NCBI GenBank assembly: GCA_964585385.1
Contig: CAZPDP010000001.1
Location: forward strand, 50,850-114,849
Reading direction: 5' to 3'
Source: an uncultured Bacteroidales bacterium
GTDB taxonomy: Bacteria > Bacteroidota > Bacteroidia > Bacteroidales > UBA12077
Length of the DNA stretch: 64,000 nucleotides
The position numbers were made by a program, and so were the translations under genes. Position 1 is the stretch's first letter. Each line of letters starts with the position of its first letter. Shown one piece after another: positions 19,704 to 30,055 of this stretch. Under the pieces are notes generated by a model that saw nothing but the letters and a program-made list of their open reading frames with translations, searched no databases and was not told the origin of the DNA.

Positions 19704-21632
19704 ATGGCAAAACGAACGATTAAAGATTCCGCTATTGTACGGTGGCTGGTTTTGATTCTAACGAGCGCCATCATGTTTTTCAACTATTATTTTTATGACG
19801 CTTTGTCGCCCCTTAAAGATTTAATGCAGGAGAACTTAGGCTTTACTTCCTCTGAATACGGCACCTTTATGTCCGCTTATTCTTTTCCCAACGTATTTCT
19901 TGCAATGGCTGTCCTCGGGGGTATAATCCTTGATAAGATTGGTATTCGTATCACCGGCTTTGTCTTTATTCTTTTTATGGCATTGGGCTCAGCCTTAACG
20001 GCCTATGGCGCTTCAGATGCATTTTTAAGTGGTGGTGTTGGTTTTGAATTTATGAATTCTTTCCTTCCCAATGTTTCACCAGCCCTTAAAATGATGAGCC
20101 TGGGATTCTTTATATTTGGTCTGGGCGCAGAAACAAGTATTGTTGTGCTATCAAAGGTTATAGTAAAATGGTTTAAGGGTAAAGAAATTGCGCTTGCACT
20201 GGGCCTAAACCTGGCTATTGGCCGTCTCGGAACTGCATTAGCTCTTAACCTTTCACCAACCTTAGCAGAAATTCAGTGGACCAATGCTATATGGTTTGGC
20301 GTCATGCTGCTGTGGATTGGATTGCTGACCTTCATTATTTACATGTTGATGGATGTGAAGATTGACCGGCAAATTAAAGAAACTATCCCTCATGACCCGG
20401 AAGATGAATTCCGCTGGAGCGATTTGAAATTCCTGGTTACAAACAAGACATTTATTTTTATTACATTACTTTGTGTAACATTTTACTCTGCTGTTTTCCC
20501 CTTTGTTAAATACGCTCCGGACCTTTTGATGAACAAATTCGGGTTACCCCGGCAGATTAGCGGTAACATCTCTTCAATACTTATGTATGGAACCATTGCA
20601 TTAACGCCTGTTTTTGGATGGATAGCAGATTATAAGGGGAAAAGCGCCACGTTGATGTACTTGGGTTCAGCGCTGTTAATAATAGCCCATCTAATGTTTG
20701 CCAAAACAATGATTACACCTTATATACCAATCTTTATCCTGGGTGTTGCATTTTCCCTGGTTCCGGCAGCAATGTGGCCTGCTGTGACAAAGATTGTGGG
20801 TGAAAACAAAATAGGTACAGCTTATGGTTTCATGTTTTCAGTTCAAAACCTAGGTCTCTGGGGATTACCCATTCTTATTGGTGTAGTTTTAGATGCTTCA
20901 AATCCGCAATTTCAAACAGAATTAACCAATTCTCAATATATTGATTTACAAAAGAAAGAAGTTTATACAGGTGTTTATCACGCAGGGGGTGATGAATTGG
21001 GTAAAGGTAAAGAGTTGAATGTGAAATATATAGTTCATGCCGATAGTTGTACAGGAGAAATTCTATGGAAATCCATTCATAAGGTTAAGTCCAATGAAGA
21101 AGGTGAATATGATATTAAACTTGGAGAACATGATATAATTAATATTGCTGATTTTAATGCATTGGATTTACAGGAGCATGAGCTGGGGATTAAAATTCAA
21201 AATATAGACGACGATGAACCTCAGTTGGTTACAAAAGATACGCTTGCTTTAAGTAACCCTGATAATCCCTATTCCGGCACTTATTATCATGATGGTGAAC
21301 CTGTGGAGGATGAAAGATTTGATGCTATGATAACTATTTATGACTGGAAAACTCAGGAAGTTGTATTTCAGGAAAAACAATCACTCATTACAGATGAAAA
21401 TGGAGCATTCAGCGTGATAATAGGATTAGGTAAAGTACAACAGGCTAAATACAAATATTTTGACTTAGAAAAGGGAAATTATTGTGCAGAAGTAATGACT
21501 CCGCTGGATTATACTAATTCCATGCTGATGTTGTCTGTGCTGGGGTTGTTTGGACTGGTTTTCGCCTTCTTCCTAAAACGGGAAGACAAAGTTTCAGGAT
21601 TCGATCTTGAAAAACCCAACAAAATGGAATAG
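19704..21632 (+). CDS. MFS transporter with a ~210-aa soluble insertion before the last TM helix
   Basis: 642 aa. Eleven predicted helices in aa 12-397, a hydrophilic stretch at aa ~398-608, then a final helix (MLMLSVLGLFGLVFAFFL). Confidence 0.75.
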   Translation: MAKRTIKDSAIVRWLVLILTSAIMFFNYYFYDALSPLKDLMQENLGFTSSEYGTFMSAYSFPNVFLAMAVLGGIILDKIGIRITGFVFILFMALGSALTAYGASDAFLSGGVGFEFMNSFLPNVSPALKMMSLGFFIFGLGAETSIVVLSKVIVKWFKGKEIALALGLNLAIGRLGTALALNLSPTLAEIQWTNAIWFGVMLLWIGLLTFIIYMLMDVKIDRQIKETIPHDPEDEFRWSDLKFLVTNKTFIFITLLCVTFYSAVFPFVKYAPDLLMNKFGLPRQISGNISSILMYGTIALTPVFGWIADYKGKSATLMYLGSALLIIAHLMFAKTMITPYIPIFILGVAFSLVPAAMWPAVTKIVGENKIGTAYGFMFSVQNLGLWGLPILIGVVLDASNPQFQTELTNSQYIDLQKKEVYTGVYHAGGDELGKGKELNVKYIVHADSCTGEILWKSIHKVKSNEEGEYDIKLGEHDIINIADFNALDLQEHELGIKIQNIDDDEPQLVTKDTLALSNPDNPYSGTYYHDGEPVEDERFDAMITIYDWKTQEVVFQEKQSLITDENGAFSVIIGLGKVQQAKYKYFDLEKGNYCAEVMTPLDYTNSMLMLSVLGLFGLVFAFFLKREDKVSGFDLEKPNKME

Positions 21633-21649
21633 ATAACTCAATAAGTTTT

Positions 21650-21692
21650 GAAAAAAATAAAAGCCGGTCCGAGTGAACCGGCTTTTATTATG
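21650..21692. terminator. Bidirectional rho-independent terminator (MFS / purA)
   Basis: AAAAGCCGGT / ACCGGCTTTT forms a 10-bp stem with an 8-nt loop. It is flanked by an A-run upstream and a T-run downstream, between convergent genes. Confidence 0.8.
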
Positions 21693-21731
21693 CAGATTTT
21701 TTTTACGAACCAGAATTGTATTCAATAGGGG

Positions 21732-22997
21732 TTAATTTATTCTTATACGGTTTTTTCTGTCTGCTCCGGTAGAAATTAGCTTTATAGGAACTCCTGTTTC
21801 ATCCTCAATAAATTTTACATATTTTTTAAAGGAGCCGGGCAGTTCGTTGAATGTTTCTATTTTTGAAATATCCTCTTTCCAGCCTTCAAACGACTTACAA
21901 ATTGTTTCTTCAATTTTATATTGATCGTAGGGAAGGTATTCAATAGTCTGTCCATCAATCTTATAGCCTGTGCACACTTTGATTCTTTCAAAGTTTGTAA
22001 GCACATCGGCTTTAGTCATGATTAGTTCGGTGACTCCATTGATCATAATCGCATACTTTAATGCAGGTAGGTCAAGCCATCCGCATCTTCTGGGTCTTCC
22101 GGTTGTAGCACCGAATTCATTTCCCTGCTCCTGCAACTTTTTGCCATCCTCATTTTCCAGCTCAGTAGGAAACGGACCACTTCCTACTCTGGTACAATAT
22201 GCTTTGAAAACGCCAAAAACTTCGCCGATATTTTTAGGGGCTACGCCCAGACCTGTACAGGCACCGGCACAGATTGTATTAGAGGATGTAACGTAAGGGT
22301 AGGAGCCAAAATCAATATCGAGCAGTGTACCCTGTGCACCTTCAGCAAGAACTGATCTTCCCTCTTTCAGGTAGTTGTTAATTACCTGTTCACTGTCTAT
22401 AAAGTTAAACTCCCTGATAAAATCGATGGCCTCAAACCATTCTTTTTCCTTTTCTTCAAGGTCGTAGTCAAAATCGTATTGTTTAAGCAATGTTTTATGC
22501 TTGTTTTTTAGGAAGTCGTACTTGTCTCTGAAGTCGTCATATTCAATATCTCCAATACGAAGACCGTTTCGGCCGGTTTTATCCATATAAGTGGGTCCGA
22601 TGCCTTTCAATGTGGAGCCAATTTTTGATTTGCCTTTGGCATTTTCTGAAGCAGCATCCAGTATTTTATGACTGGGAAGTATGAGGTGGGCCTTGCGTGA
22701 AATAGAAAGGTTTGAATTAATAGACACCCCTTTTTCTTTTAATTCGTCAATTTCCTGCTTAAAAGTAATGGGGTCAATCACCACGCCATTTCCAATAATA
22801 TTCTGAATGTTTTTATGGAACACACCTGAAGGAATATTGTGAAGAATGTGTTTCGTATTGTCAAACTCCAATGAGTGTCCTGCATTGGGGCCTCCCTGAA
22901 AGCGGGCAACTACATCGTAACGGGAAGCAAAAACATCTACAATCTTACCCTTGCCTTCATCTCCCCATTGTAATCCTAATAGAACATTTAAATTCAT
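21732..22997 (-). CDS. purA: Adenylosuccinate synthase
   Basis: 421 aa. Motifs GLQWGDEGKGKIVD, GGPNAGH and GATTGRPRRCGWLD. Confidence 0.97.
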   Translation of the reverse strand: MNLNVLLGLQWGDEGKGKIVDVFASRYDVVARFQGGPNAGHSLEFDNTKHILHNIPSGVFHKNIQNIIGNGVVIDPITFKQEIDELKEKGVSINSNLSISRKAHLILPSHKILDAASENAKGKSKIGSTLKGIGPTYMDKTGRNGLRIGDIEYDDFRDKYDFLKNKHKTLLKQYDFDYDLEEKEKEWFEAIDFIREFNFIDSEQVINNYLKEGRSVLAEGAQGTLLDIDFGSYPYVTSSNTICAGACTGLGVAPKNIGEVFGVFKAYCTRVGSGPFPTELENEDGKKLQEQGNEFGATTGRPRRCGWLDLPALKYAIMINGVTELIMTKADVLTNFERIKVCTGYKIDGQTIEYLPYDQYKIEETICKSFEGWKEDISKIETFNELPGSFKKYVKFIEDETGVPIKLISTGADRKNRIRIN

Positions 22998-23045
22998 AAT
23001 TTTATTTTTGAAATAATTCTAAATTTAGCAAAGTTTTAAAAATAA

Positions 23046-23076
23046 GAAAATCCTCTTTGATATGAAGAGGATTTTC
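23046..23076 (-). terminator. Rho-independent terminator downstream of fur
   Basis: GAAAATCCTCTT / AAGAGGATTTTC forms a 12-bp stem with a 7-nt loop. On the minus strand it is followed by TTATTTTTAAAA. Confidence 0.7.
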
Positions 23077-23104
23077 CATGTTTTTTTCAACTTTATAGCG
23101 GTTT

Positions 23105-23563
23105 TTAATTTGCGGGTTTGTTTCTGCAATCTTTACAAATGCCATAGAAATAAAGAGAGTGATAATTTATTTCAAAATTCATTAGTTCTCCTATTGTATC
23201 CTGAATTTCCTGAATTCTGGGATCGCAGAATTCAATAACTTTACCACATTCCTGGCAAATTAAATGGTCATGCTGCTTGCACTGGTAAGCTTTTTCAAAC
23301 TGTGCTATATTCTTACCAAATTGATGTTTGACTACGAGGTTACTTTCCAGGAGCAATTCAATTGTATTGTAAAGAGTAGCTCTGCTTACCCTGTAATTCT
23401 TATTCTTCATAGAAATATACAGGGTTTCTATATCAAAGTGATTATCTCTTGAATAAATCTCATCAAGAATAGCATAGCGTTCTGGTGTCTTCCTATGGCC
23501 TCGTTTTTCTAAGAAAGAAGTAAAAATTTTTTTTACTGTTTCTTTTGTTTCACTGCAGCTCAT
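23105..23563 (-). CDS. fur: Fur-family transcriptional regulator
   Basis: 152 aa. Winged-helix N-domain and metal-site motifs [15 protein letters not shown] and CKDC. Confidence 0.85.
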   Translation of the reverse strand: MSCSETKETVKKIFTSFLEKRGHRKTPERYAILDEIYSRDNHFDIETLYISMKNKNYRVSRATLYNTIELLLESNLVVKHQFGKNIAQFEKAYQCKQHDHLICQECGKVIEFCDPRIQEIQDTIGELMNFEINYHSLYFYGICKDCRNKPAN

Positions 23564-23672
23564 ATACTATTTGGTTTATTTTAATATAAAATTAGGTTAA
23601 AAATAATGAATTATTCAAAATTATTTAGAATTATTTTAAAAAAAAATATTGAGAAAGAAATATAGGACGGTT

Positions 23673-25916
23673 TTATACCTCTTCGATTCTTTTTACAGAA
23701 TCTACGCCTTTGATTTTGCTGATGTTTAAAATAAGGTTGTTCAGGTCGGAAACATTATGCACGTATAACTCGATTTGGCCTTCGAAAACACCGTTGAATG
23801 CATTAATATCAATTTTTCTGATGTTGATATTAAGTTCATTGGAAATTATTGTGGTAATATCTTTGGCCATTCCCATTCTGTCTATTCCTTTTATATGAAG
23901 TTTAGCGAGAAAAGAGAGTACCTTATGTGTTTTCCATTTGGCCGGCAGAATATATTTGCCCTGGCTGGACATTAGCTTTATGGCATTGGGGCATTTGGCT
24001 TTATGTATAATAATTATTTCGGCATTGGGCTTCTTATACCCTATTACCTCATCGCCCGGTATGGGATGGCAACATTCTGCTATTTCATAGGGTATATCAT
24101 TTTCAGCAACATTTTCTCTGACTATGTAAGGTGATTTATAATTGAAAGAGTAATGAGACTCTGGTGCTGAAACATTCTCCCTTTTAGGCCGGGCTTTACT
24201 AGTGGTTCTTGCTATTTGTAATCCCCAGTAGCGGATGAATTTATTCCTTGAATGTTTCTTTATTATTTTTTCAATATTATCCAGTTTTATTATACCGCTG
24301 CCGATTTTGCTGTAAAGCTCTTCTTTAGAATTAACATCGTAATTGTCTATTATTTTTTTCAGAAGATTTGAGTTTGGCCTCAGCTCGAACTCCTTCAGTT
24401 TTTTTTCGAGGGCTTTTTTACCTTTATGAATTCTGTTTTTTGTTTCTGATTTTATGGCGTTTGTTATGCTGGCTTTTGCTTTTGCCGTTTTTACATAATC
24501 CAGCCATTCCCTTTGTATTTTTTGATTGTTGGAGGTCAAAATTTCTACCTGGTCTCCATTATGCAGCTCATGACTCAGAGGAACCAGTTGATGGTTTACT
24601 TTTGCGCCAATGGCTTTATTTCCTACTTCGGAGTGAATTTCGTAGGCAAAATCCAGTGCGGTTGAATTCTGGGGAAGTGTCTTTGCATCACCCTTCGGAG
24701 AAAAAACATAAATTTCCGAAGCGAATAAATTCATCCGGAATTCATCTACAAATTCCATTGCATCGGTTTCATTTTCTACCAGGTGATCCTGTATTCTTTC
24801 AAGCCACTTATCCAGTTCATCGTTTCTTTCCTTTTCATCTTGGTATTTCCAGCGTGCAGCAAATCCTTTCTTTGCAAAATCATCCATTCGTTTGGACCTG
24901 ATTTGCACTTCCCTCCATTTTCCATCCGGTCCCATAACTGTTACATGAAGAGCTTCGTAACCATTTGATTTTGGATAGCTTATCCAATCCCTGATCCTTT
25001 CCGGTTTGGGGACATATATATCGGTAAGCAGTGAGTATATATCCCAGCATTGTGCTTTCTCTGATTTTTTATCTGATGGGGTAATGACGATTCTAATGGT
25101 AAGGATATCCGGGAGCTCTTCAAAAGAAGCATTATTTTGTTGCATCGTGTTCCATATGGAATATATAGTCTTGGGTTTGGCAACAATTTCAAAGGGTACT
25201 TCAGATTCTTCAAGTTTTTTTCTAATGGGATAAATAAAACTTTCTATTTCTTTAGTTCTTTTCTCTTCTGTTTGCTTTAGTTTATCAGCTATCTCCTTAT
25301 ATTTTGCCGGGTGCCTGTATTTCAGGCTGAGGTCTTCCAGTTCATTTTTAAGGGAATATAATCCTAATCTGTGAGCTATTGGGGCATACAGGTAGATGGT
25401 TTCGCCTGCAATTTTAATTTGTTTATTAGGAGGCATAGCATCTAAAGTACGCATATTGTGTAATCTGTCAGCAAGTTTGATTATAATTACTCTGACATCT
25501 TCAGTTAAAGTCATAAGAACCTTCCGGAAATTTTCAGCTTGCAATGACTTCGTTTCTTCGAAGGCTTCGGAAATTTTAGTCAGACCATCGATAATAGTGG
25601 CTATTTTGTCCCCAAACTCTTCTCTTATATCATCCAGGGTATAATCAGTATCCTCCACAACATCATGTAAAAGAGCGCAGGAAACAGATTCAGAACCAAG
25701 ACCAATTTCCCTGTTTACAATTTTGGCCACCTCAAGCGGGTGAATAATGTAAGGCTCACCTGAATTCCTGTAAATACCTTTGTGGTATTTGTATGCAATA
25801 TCGAATGCCCTCTTAATGAGATTTATATCCATCTCACTAACACACTGGTTACAATTTTGAAGGAGCTCTTCAAATTGTTCTTGTATGTATTTTTCTTCCT
25901 TTACTTGAGCATTCAT
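23673..25916 (-). CDS. spoT: Bifunctional (p)ppGpp synthetase/hydrolase, RelA/SpoT family
   Basis: 747 aa. HD hydrolase motifs (HPLEVA, HDVVEDT), a synthetase core (GYEALHVTVMGPDGKWREVQIR), then TGS and ACT-like C-terminal regions. Confidence 0.95.
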   Translation of the reverse strand: MNAQVKEEKYIQEQFEELLQNCNQCVSEMDINLIKRAFDIAYKYHKGIYRNSGEPYIIHPLEVAKIVNREIGLGSESVSCALLHDVVEDTDYTLDDIREEFGDKIATIIDGLTKISEAFEETKSLQAENFRKVLMTLTEDVRVIIIKLADRLHNMRTLDAMPPNKQIKIAGETIYLYAPIAHRLGLYSLKNELEDLSLKYRHPAKYKEIADKLKQTEEKRTKEIESFIYPIRKKLEESEVPFEIVAKPKTIYSIWNTMQQNNASFEELPDILTIRIVITPSDKKSEKAQCWDIYSLLTDIYVPKPERIRDWISYPKSNGYEALHVTVMGPDGKWREVQIRSKRMDDFAKKGFAARWKYQDEKERNDELDKWLERIQDHLVENETDAMEFVDEFRMNLFASEIYVFSPKGDAKTLPQNSTALDFAYEIHSEVGNKAIGAKVNHQLVPLSHELHNGDQVEILTSNNQKIQREWLDYVKTAKAKASITNAIKSETKNRIHKGKKALEKKLKEFELRPNSNLLKKIIDNYDVNSKEELYSKIGSGIIKLDNIEKIIKKHSRNKFIRYWGLQIARTTSKARPKRENVSAPESHYSFNYKSPYIVRENVAENDIPYEIAECCHPIPGDEVIGYKKPNAEIIIIHKAKCPNAIKLMSSQGKYILPAKWKTHKVLSFLAKLHIKGIDRMGMAKDITTIISNELNINIRKIDINAFNGVFEGQIELYVHNVSDLNNLILNISKIKGVDSVKRIEEV

Positions 25917-26231
25917 GGTTTATCATCCAATTATATCAGTACCGGTTTATTGTTGACACAAACCGACTAAAATACAAATAAATTTTGTTAATAATTTTAA
26001 GCAAACAAAGAATTTAACGAATGTTTAAGAATTTTCCCTGTTGCTTAAATCATATAACTATTATATGTATGCTATTATTGTATTTATTTAGATTTATCAA
26101 TAATTATACTATATTTTTAACTTTTTGTTTCAAATAACTATGTATTGTTTAAAAAGCGCATTTGATTTATACCCATATTTTTTATATTTTGTCATCGCAA
26201 AAACAGCAGGAAACTAAGAAATTTAAATTTG

Positions 26232-29200
26232 ATGCGCCATCCATCAATCCTTGCATTCTTTTTTTGTATTGTTTTCATTACTCAGGGTTTTTCTCAGGTA
26301 AAGAGCAATGGCGTTCCTTACATTAACAATTATTCTATTGATGACTATTCTCCGTCAGGTTTTCGTGCTTCACCTCAGAATTGGGAAGTTTTTCAGGACT
26401 CCACCGGTTTGATGTTTTTTGGTAACACAGATGGCTTATTGATATATGATGGAGATGCCTGGAGATTCAGGTTTTTACCCAACAATTCAATTCTTCGCTC
26501 AATAGGTTCAGATACGAAAAATAACATTTATTTGGGTGGAGAAAATGAGTTTGGAATGTTGCATGCAGATTCAGCAGGTAGATTTCATTACAGGTCATTC
26601 ATGCCCCTGGTACCGGATTCTGTTAATATTATCAGAAATGTATGGGAAATAACTAACCTTAATGACACTGTTGTTTTCATGTCTCACAATAAATTGTTCT
26701 TTTATTACAAGGACAGCATTGTAGATATTATTGCGACACAGGACCAGTTTTTTCATCAGTATATTTATAACGATGATTTGTTTGTATTTGAGGCGGATGT
26801 TGGTCTCAGCAGATTAGAAGATGGAAAATTAAGGACTGTTCCTGATGGGGAATATTTCCGGAACCATACAGCCTGGGTAATTCTTCCGTTTGGAAAGGAT
26901 AGCCTGCTTTTTGCATCACCTGTGGATGGCCTTACAATATATCACGGCGGGAAGTTTGAAAGCTGGGATATACCCGCAAGTGATTTTTTACAACAGAAAA
27001 GAGTTTACTGCGGTGTTAGATTAAGAGACGGGAATTTTGCCTTTGGTACCCGTGGAAGTGGGGTGGTTATTATGAATGAAGAAGGCAGAATTATTCAATT
27101 AATTAATAAAGATAACGGACTGCAAAACGATGTAGTTCTTGACATATCAGTCGATCAAAGAGGAGATATATGGGTTGCACTGACAAACGGAATATCCTTT
27201 ATTAAAGTGAATTCGCCATTCTCATACTACACGAGTGATTACGGTATACCCAGGCAGAATTATTATGTTGAAGATTACAAAAACCATTTATTTTTCAGCA
27301 ATGATGAAGGTGTTTACGTAAAACCGTTAAATGATATTTCTAAAGAATTGCAAGTTGAAAAGGTACAACTTATAAGCGGTACAGAGGGACAATCCTGGCT
27401 TTTTCAGAAAGCCGGGGAATTTTTGCTTTGCGGGCATAATACCGGAGTGCTTGTTTTTAAAGACAGCCTGCTTCATAAAATTCTTCCTGTCCCCGTTAAC
27501 GTATGGCAAATTCTTCCGGATCCTGAAGACAATTCTAAATTCTATGCTTTATCCCTTGAGGGAATTTATATCCTGAGACTGCATAGTAATGATATTTCAG
27601 TTGAGAAAAAGCTTAAAGGTTATTCTGAAAATGTTATTTATGCTGAATTTGATACTACTGGCTATTTATGGATTTCAGATGAAATGAGTGGAGTGAAACG
27701 TTTGAAATTGAATGGAACAAGAGATTCTGTTCTTGAAGTAACAACCTATACCAGGGAGAATGGTCTGCCTTCTACGGAAGGTAACTGGATATTAAGAGTT
27801 GAGGATGAGGTTGTGCTTACTAACCCATCAGTTAATGGGTTTTATCATTACAATCCACTAAACGATAATTTTAAAAGCTATGAATCATTAAATGAACGTT
27901 TTGGAGTAAATGGAGAAATTACTCTGTACACCAAAGGACCAAAAGGAAATTATTGGTTGAGAGACAATGGGTTGGTAAGGATATTTGGTAAAAATGAAGG
28001 GCATTTTTACGAACTGGATACGCCCTTTCTAAAATTTAAAGGCAGAAATCTGGAAAGGCTCTCTTTCCTTGATTCTACAATCGCTTTCTTTGGTACAGAT
28101 GAATATGTTTTAAACTATTACCTGTCTGCAAAAGCTGATTTCCAGCAATTTTACAATTCCCACATTCGAAAGGTAATAAGTATGAAAAACGACTCTATTC
28201 TCTTCAATGGAAACATGCCTCATTCCAAAGATAGAAATTTGTTTGCCCATTCCGGAGAAGCGCTTTCTTTATCTTATTCTCTGAATGCTTTACGATTTGA
28301 ATTTTCAGCTGCTTATTTTGAAGAACCGGGAAATACAAAATACAAGGTCTGGCTTGAAGGACTTGAAAGTGAACCTGATGTTTGGATCCTTGAAACAAAT
28401 AAAGAATATACTAACCTGCAAGAGGGAGAGTATATTTTTCATGTTAAAGCAAAGAATATACATGGTATAGAAAGTAACGAAAGTTCGTTTTATTTTTCTG
28501 TTGAGCCTCCATGGTACCGGACTGTTTATGCTTATTTCGGTTATATTATAATCTTTATTGTTTTATTATATCTTGGTATATGGCTTTATGTACGAAAGTT
28601 GAAAGCTGACAGGGACAGGTTGGAACGGATAGTTAAGGAGCGTACAAGTGAAATACAGCAGCAGAAAGAAGAAATATCTGTCCAGGCTGAAGAATTGGAA
28701 AGAATAAATCAGGAGCTTCAAAAACTTTCCCTCGTAGCAAGTAAAACGGATAATGCTGTAATTATAGCTAATGCAGAAGGAAATATTGAATGGATTAATG
28801 ACGGATTTATTAGGTTATTTGGCTACTCCCTGAATGAGTTAAAAAATACCGGAAAAGACAAGATTGAAAACCTGGGGGATGAAAAGGAGTGGAAAGAGAT
28901 GTTACTTGAAGTGAACAGAATAAAAAAATTTGTCATTAAAGAATCTGAAATTACTACCCGGGACGGCCAGAAGCGTAATATACAAACTACCCTTACCCCC
29001 ATACTTAATTATGAAAACAGCATATTGAAGTATATTGCTATTTCAACGGATATTTCAAGGCTTAAGGAGGTTCAGGAAGAATTGCAAAAACTTATTGCCA
29101 CAAAAGATAAATTTTTTTCAATTATTGCACATGATTTAAAAAATCCATTTCACTCTCTTATGGGTATTTCCGAGCTGCTTACTAAATATCATGACAGTTA

Positions 29201-29777
29201 TGAACACGATAAATTAAAAGAATTATATGCACAGTTGTATAATGTAACTCATAAGGGTTATCAACTGCTCACCAATTTGCTGGAATGGTCGAGATCACAG
29301 ACAGGAAATCTTAAATTCAAACCTGAAACAACAGATATTGCTCAGTTGGTGAATAACTCTCTGGACATACTTATTTCCACAGCTGAATCCAAAAACATAA
29401 AAGTGAAAAACAACATAAAACCCGGGCTAAATGTAATTGCCGATAAGAATACTATAACCACTGTAGTGAGAAATTTGGTTTCAAACGCCGTTAAGTATTC
29501 CAGGGAAGGAGGGACAGTTATTATTTCGGCTGAAGAACGGGAAAATGATGTAAAGGTAAATGTTGAGGATAATGGAGTTGGTATCTCTCCCGAAAACATA
29601 GAAAAACTATTCCGTATTGATATAAATTTTTCAACAAAGGGGACTTATGATGAATCCGGAACAGGTCTTGGTTTGCTATTATGCAAGGAGTTTGTTGAAA
29701 AGAACGGCGGTAAGATATTTGTAGAAAGCATATTAGGAGAAGGCAGTACCTTTTCTTTCACCCTTGATAAACCTTAA
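26232..29777 (+). CDS. Sensor histidine kinase with periplasmic beta-propeller/Y_Y_Y domain, PAS, HisKA and HATPase
   Basis: The ORF track starts at TTG 26229; ATG 26232 is adjacent. About 750 aa of propeller-type repeats, a Y_Y_Y-like segment (YKVWLEG...EGEYIFHVKAKN), one TM helix, a coiled coil, PAS, the H-box FFSIIAHDLKNP, and an ATPase domain (GTGLGLLLCKEF). No receiver domain. Confidence 0.85.
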   Translation: MRHPSILAFFFCIVFITQGFSQVKSNGVPYINNYSIDDYSPSGFRASPQNWEVFQDSTGLMFFGNTDGLLIYDGDAWRFRFLPNNSILRSIGSDTKNNIYLGGENEFGMLHADSAGRFHYRSFMPLVPDSVNIIRNVWEITNLNDTVVFMSHNKLFFYYKDSIVDIIATQDQFFHQYIYNDDLFVFEADVGLSRLEDGKLRTVPDGEYFRNHTAWVILPFGKDSLLFASPVDGLTIYHGGKFESWDIPASDFLQQKRVYCGVRLRDGNFAFGTRGSGVVIMNEEGRIIQLINKDNGLQNDVVLDISVDQRGDIWVALTNGISFIKVNSPFSYYTSDYGIPRQNYYVEDYKNHLFFSNDEGVYVKPLNDISKELQVEKVQLISGTEGQSWLFQKAGEFLLCGHNTGVLVFKDSLLHKILPVPVNVWQILPDPEDNSKFYALSLEGIYILRLHSNDISVEKKLKGYSENVIYAEFDTTGYLWISDEMSGVKRLKLNGTRDSVLEVTTYTRENGLPSTEGNWILRVEDEVVLTNPSVNGFYHYNPLNDNFKSYESLNERFGVNGEITLYTKGPKGNYWLRDNGLVRIFGKNEGHFYELDTPFLKFKGRNLERLSFLDSTIAFFGTDEYVLNYYLSAKADFQQFYNSHIRKVISMKNDSILFNGNMPHSKDRNLFAHSGEALSLSYSLNALRFEFSAAYFEEPGNTKYKVWLEGLESEPDVWILETNKEYTNLQEGEYIFHVKAKNIHGIESNESSFYFSVEPPWYRTVYAYFGYIIIFIVLLYLGIWLYVRKLKADRDRLERIVKERTSEIQQQKEEISVQAEELERINQELQKLSLVASKTDNAVIIANAEGNIEWINDGFIRLFGYSLNELKNTGKDKIENLGDEKEWKEMLLEVNRIKKFVIKESEITTRDGQKRNIQTTLTPILNYENSILKYIAISTDISRLKEVQEELQKLIATKDKFFSIIAHDLKNPFHSLMGISELLTKYHDSYEHDKLKELYAQLYNVTHKGYQLLTNLLEWSRSQTGNLKFKPETTDIAQLVNNSLDILISTAESKNIKVKNNIKPGLNVIADKNTITTVVRNLVSNAVKYSREGGTVIISAEERENDVKVNVEDNGVGISPENIEKLFRIDINFSTKGTYDESGTGLGLLLCKEFVEKNGGKIFVESILGEGSTFSFTLDKP

Positions 29778-29819
29778 TGTGCCATATTTCGTAAAAACAA
29801 ATGAATTAAAATAAGATGT

Positions 29820-30050
29820 ATGAATCTTAAAAAGATATCTCTTATTTTTTTGTTTACCTATATGTATACAATACCAGTTTTTTCCCAGGAGGAAAATACC
29901 GGGTTGCCTTTTATTACAAATTATGATCCCGAAGAATACCAGGCTCATATTCAGAACTGGGATATTGACCAGGACAACAGGGGAGAGATTTTTGTTGAAA
30001 GTCAGCCCGGGGAAGGAACCACCTTTAGTTTTTCTGTCAGGAAGGCATAA
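29820..30050 (+). pseudogene. In-frame collapsed remnant of a propeller-type sensor kinase (76 codons)
   Basis: aa 1-53 (signal peptide + GLPFITNYDPEEYQAHIQNWDIDQDNRG) parallel the N-terminus of the 26232 kinase (GVPYINNYSIDDY...PQNWEVFQDSTG). aa 54-76 (EIFVESQPGEGTTFSFSVRKA) parallel its last residues (KIFVESILGEGSTFSFTLDKP). The ~1100 codons in between are absent. Confidence 0.6.
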
Positions 30051-30055
30051 TCCTT

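Noticed and set aside
24368-24901. A 177-aa ORF antisense to relA/spoT. Similar nested or antisense ORFs occur at 5133..5522, 42048..42461, 44437..45012, 48950..49270, 54075..54386 and 988..1233, among others.
   Set aside because: All lie wholly inside well-supported genes on the opposite strand or in another frame. They have low-complexity or odd composition and no recognisable motifs. These are shadow ORFs.
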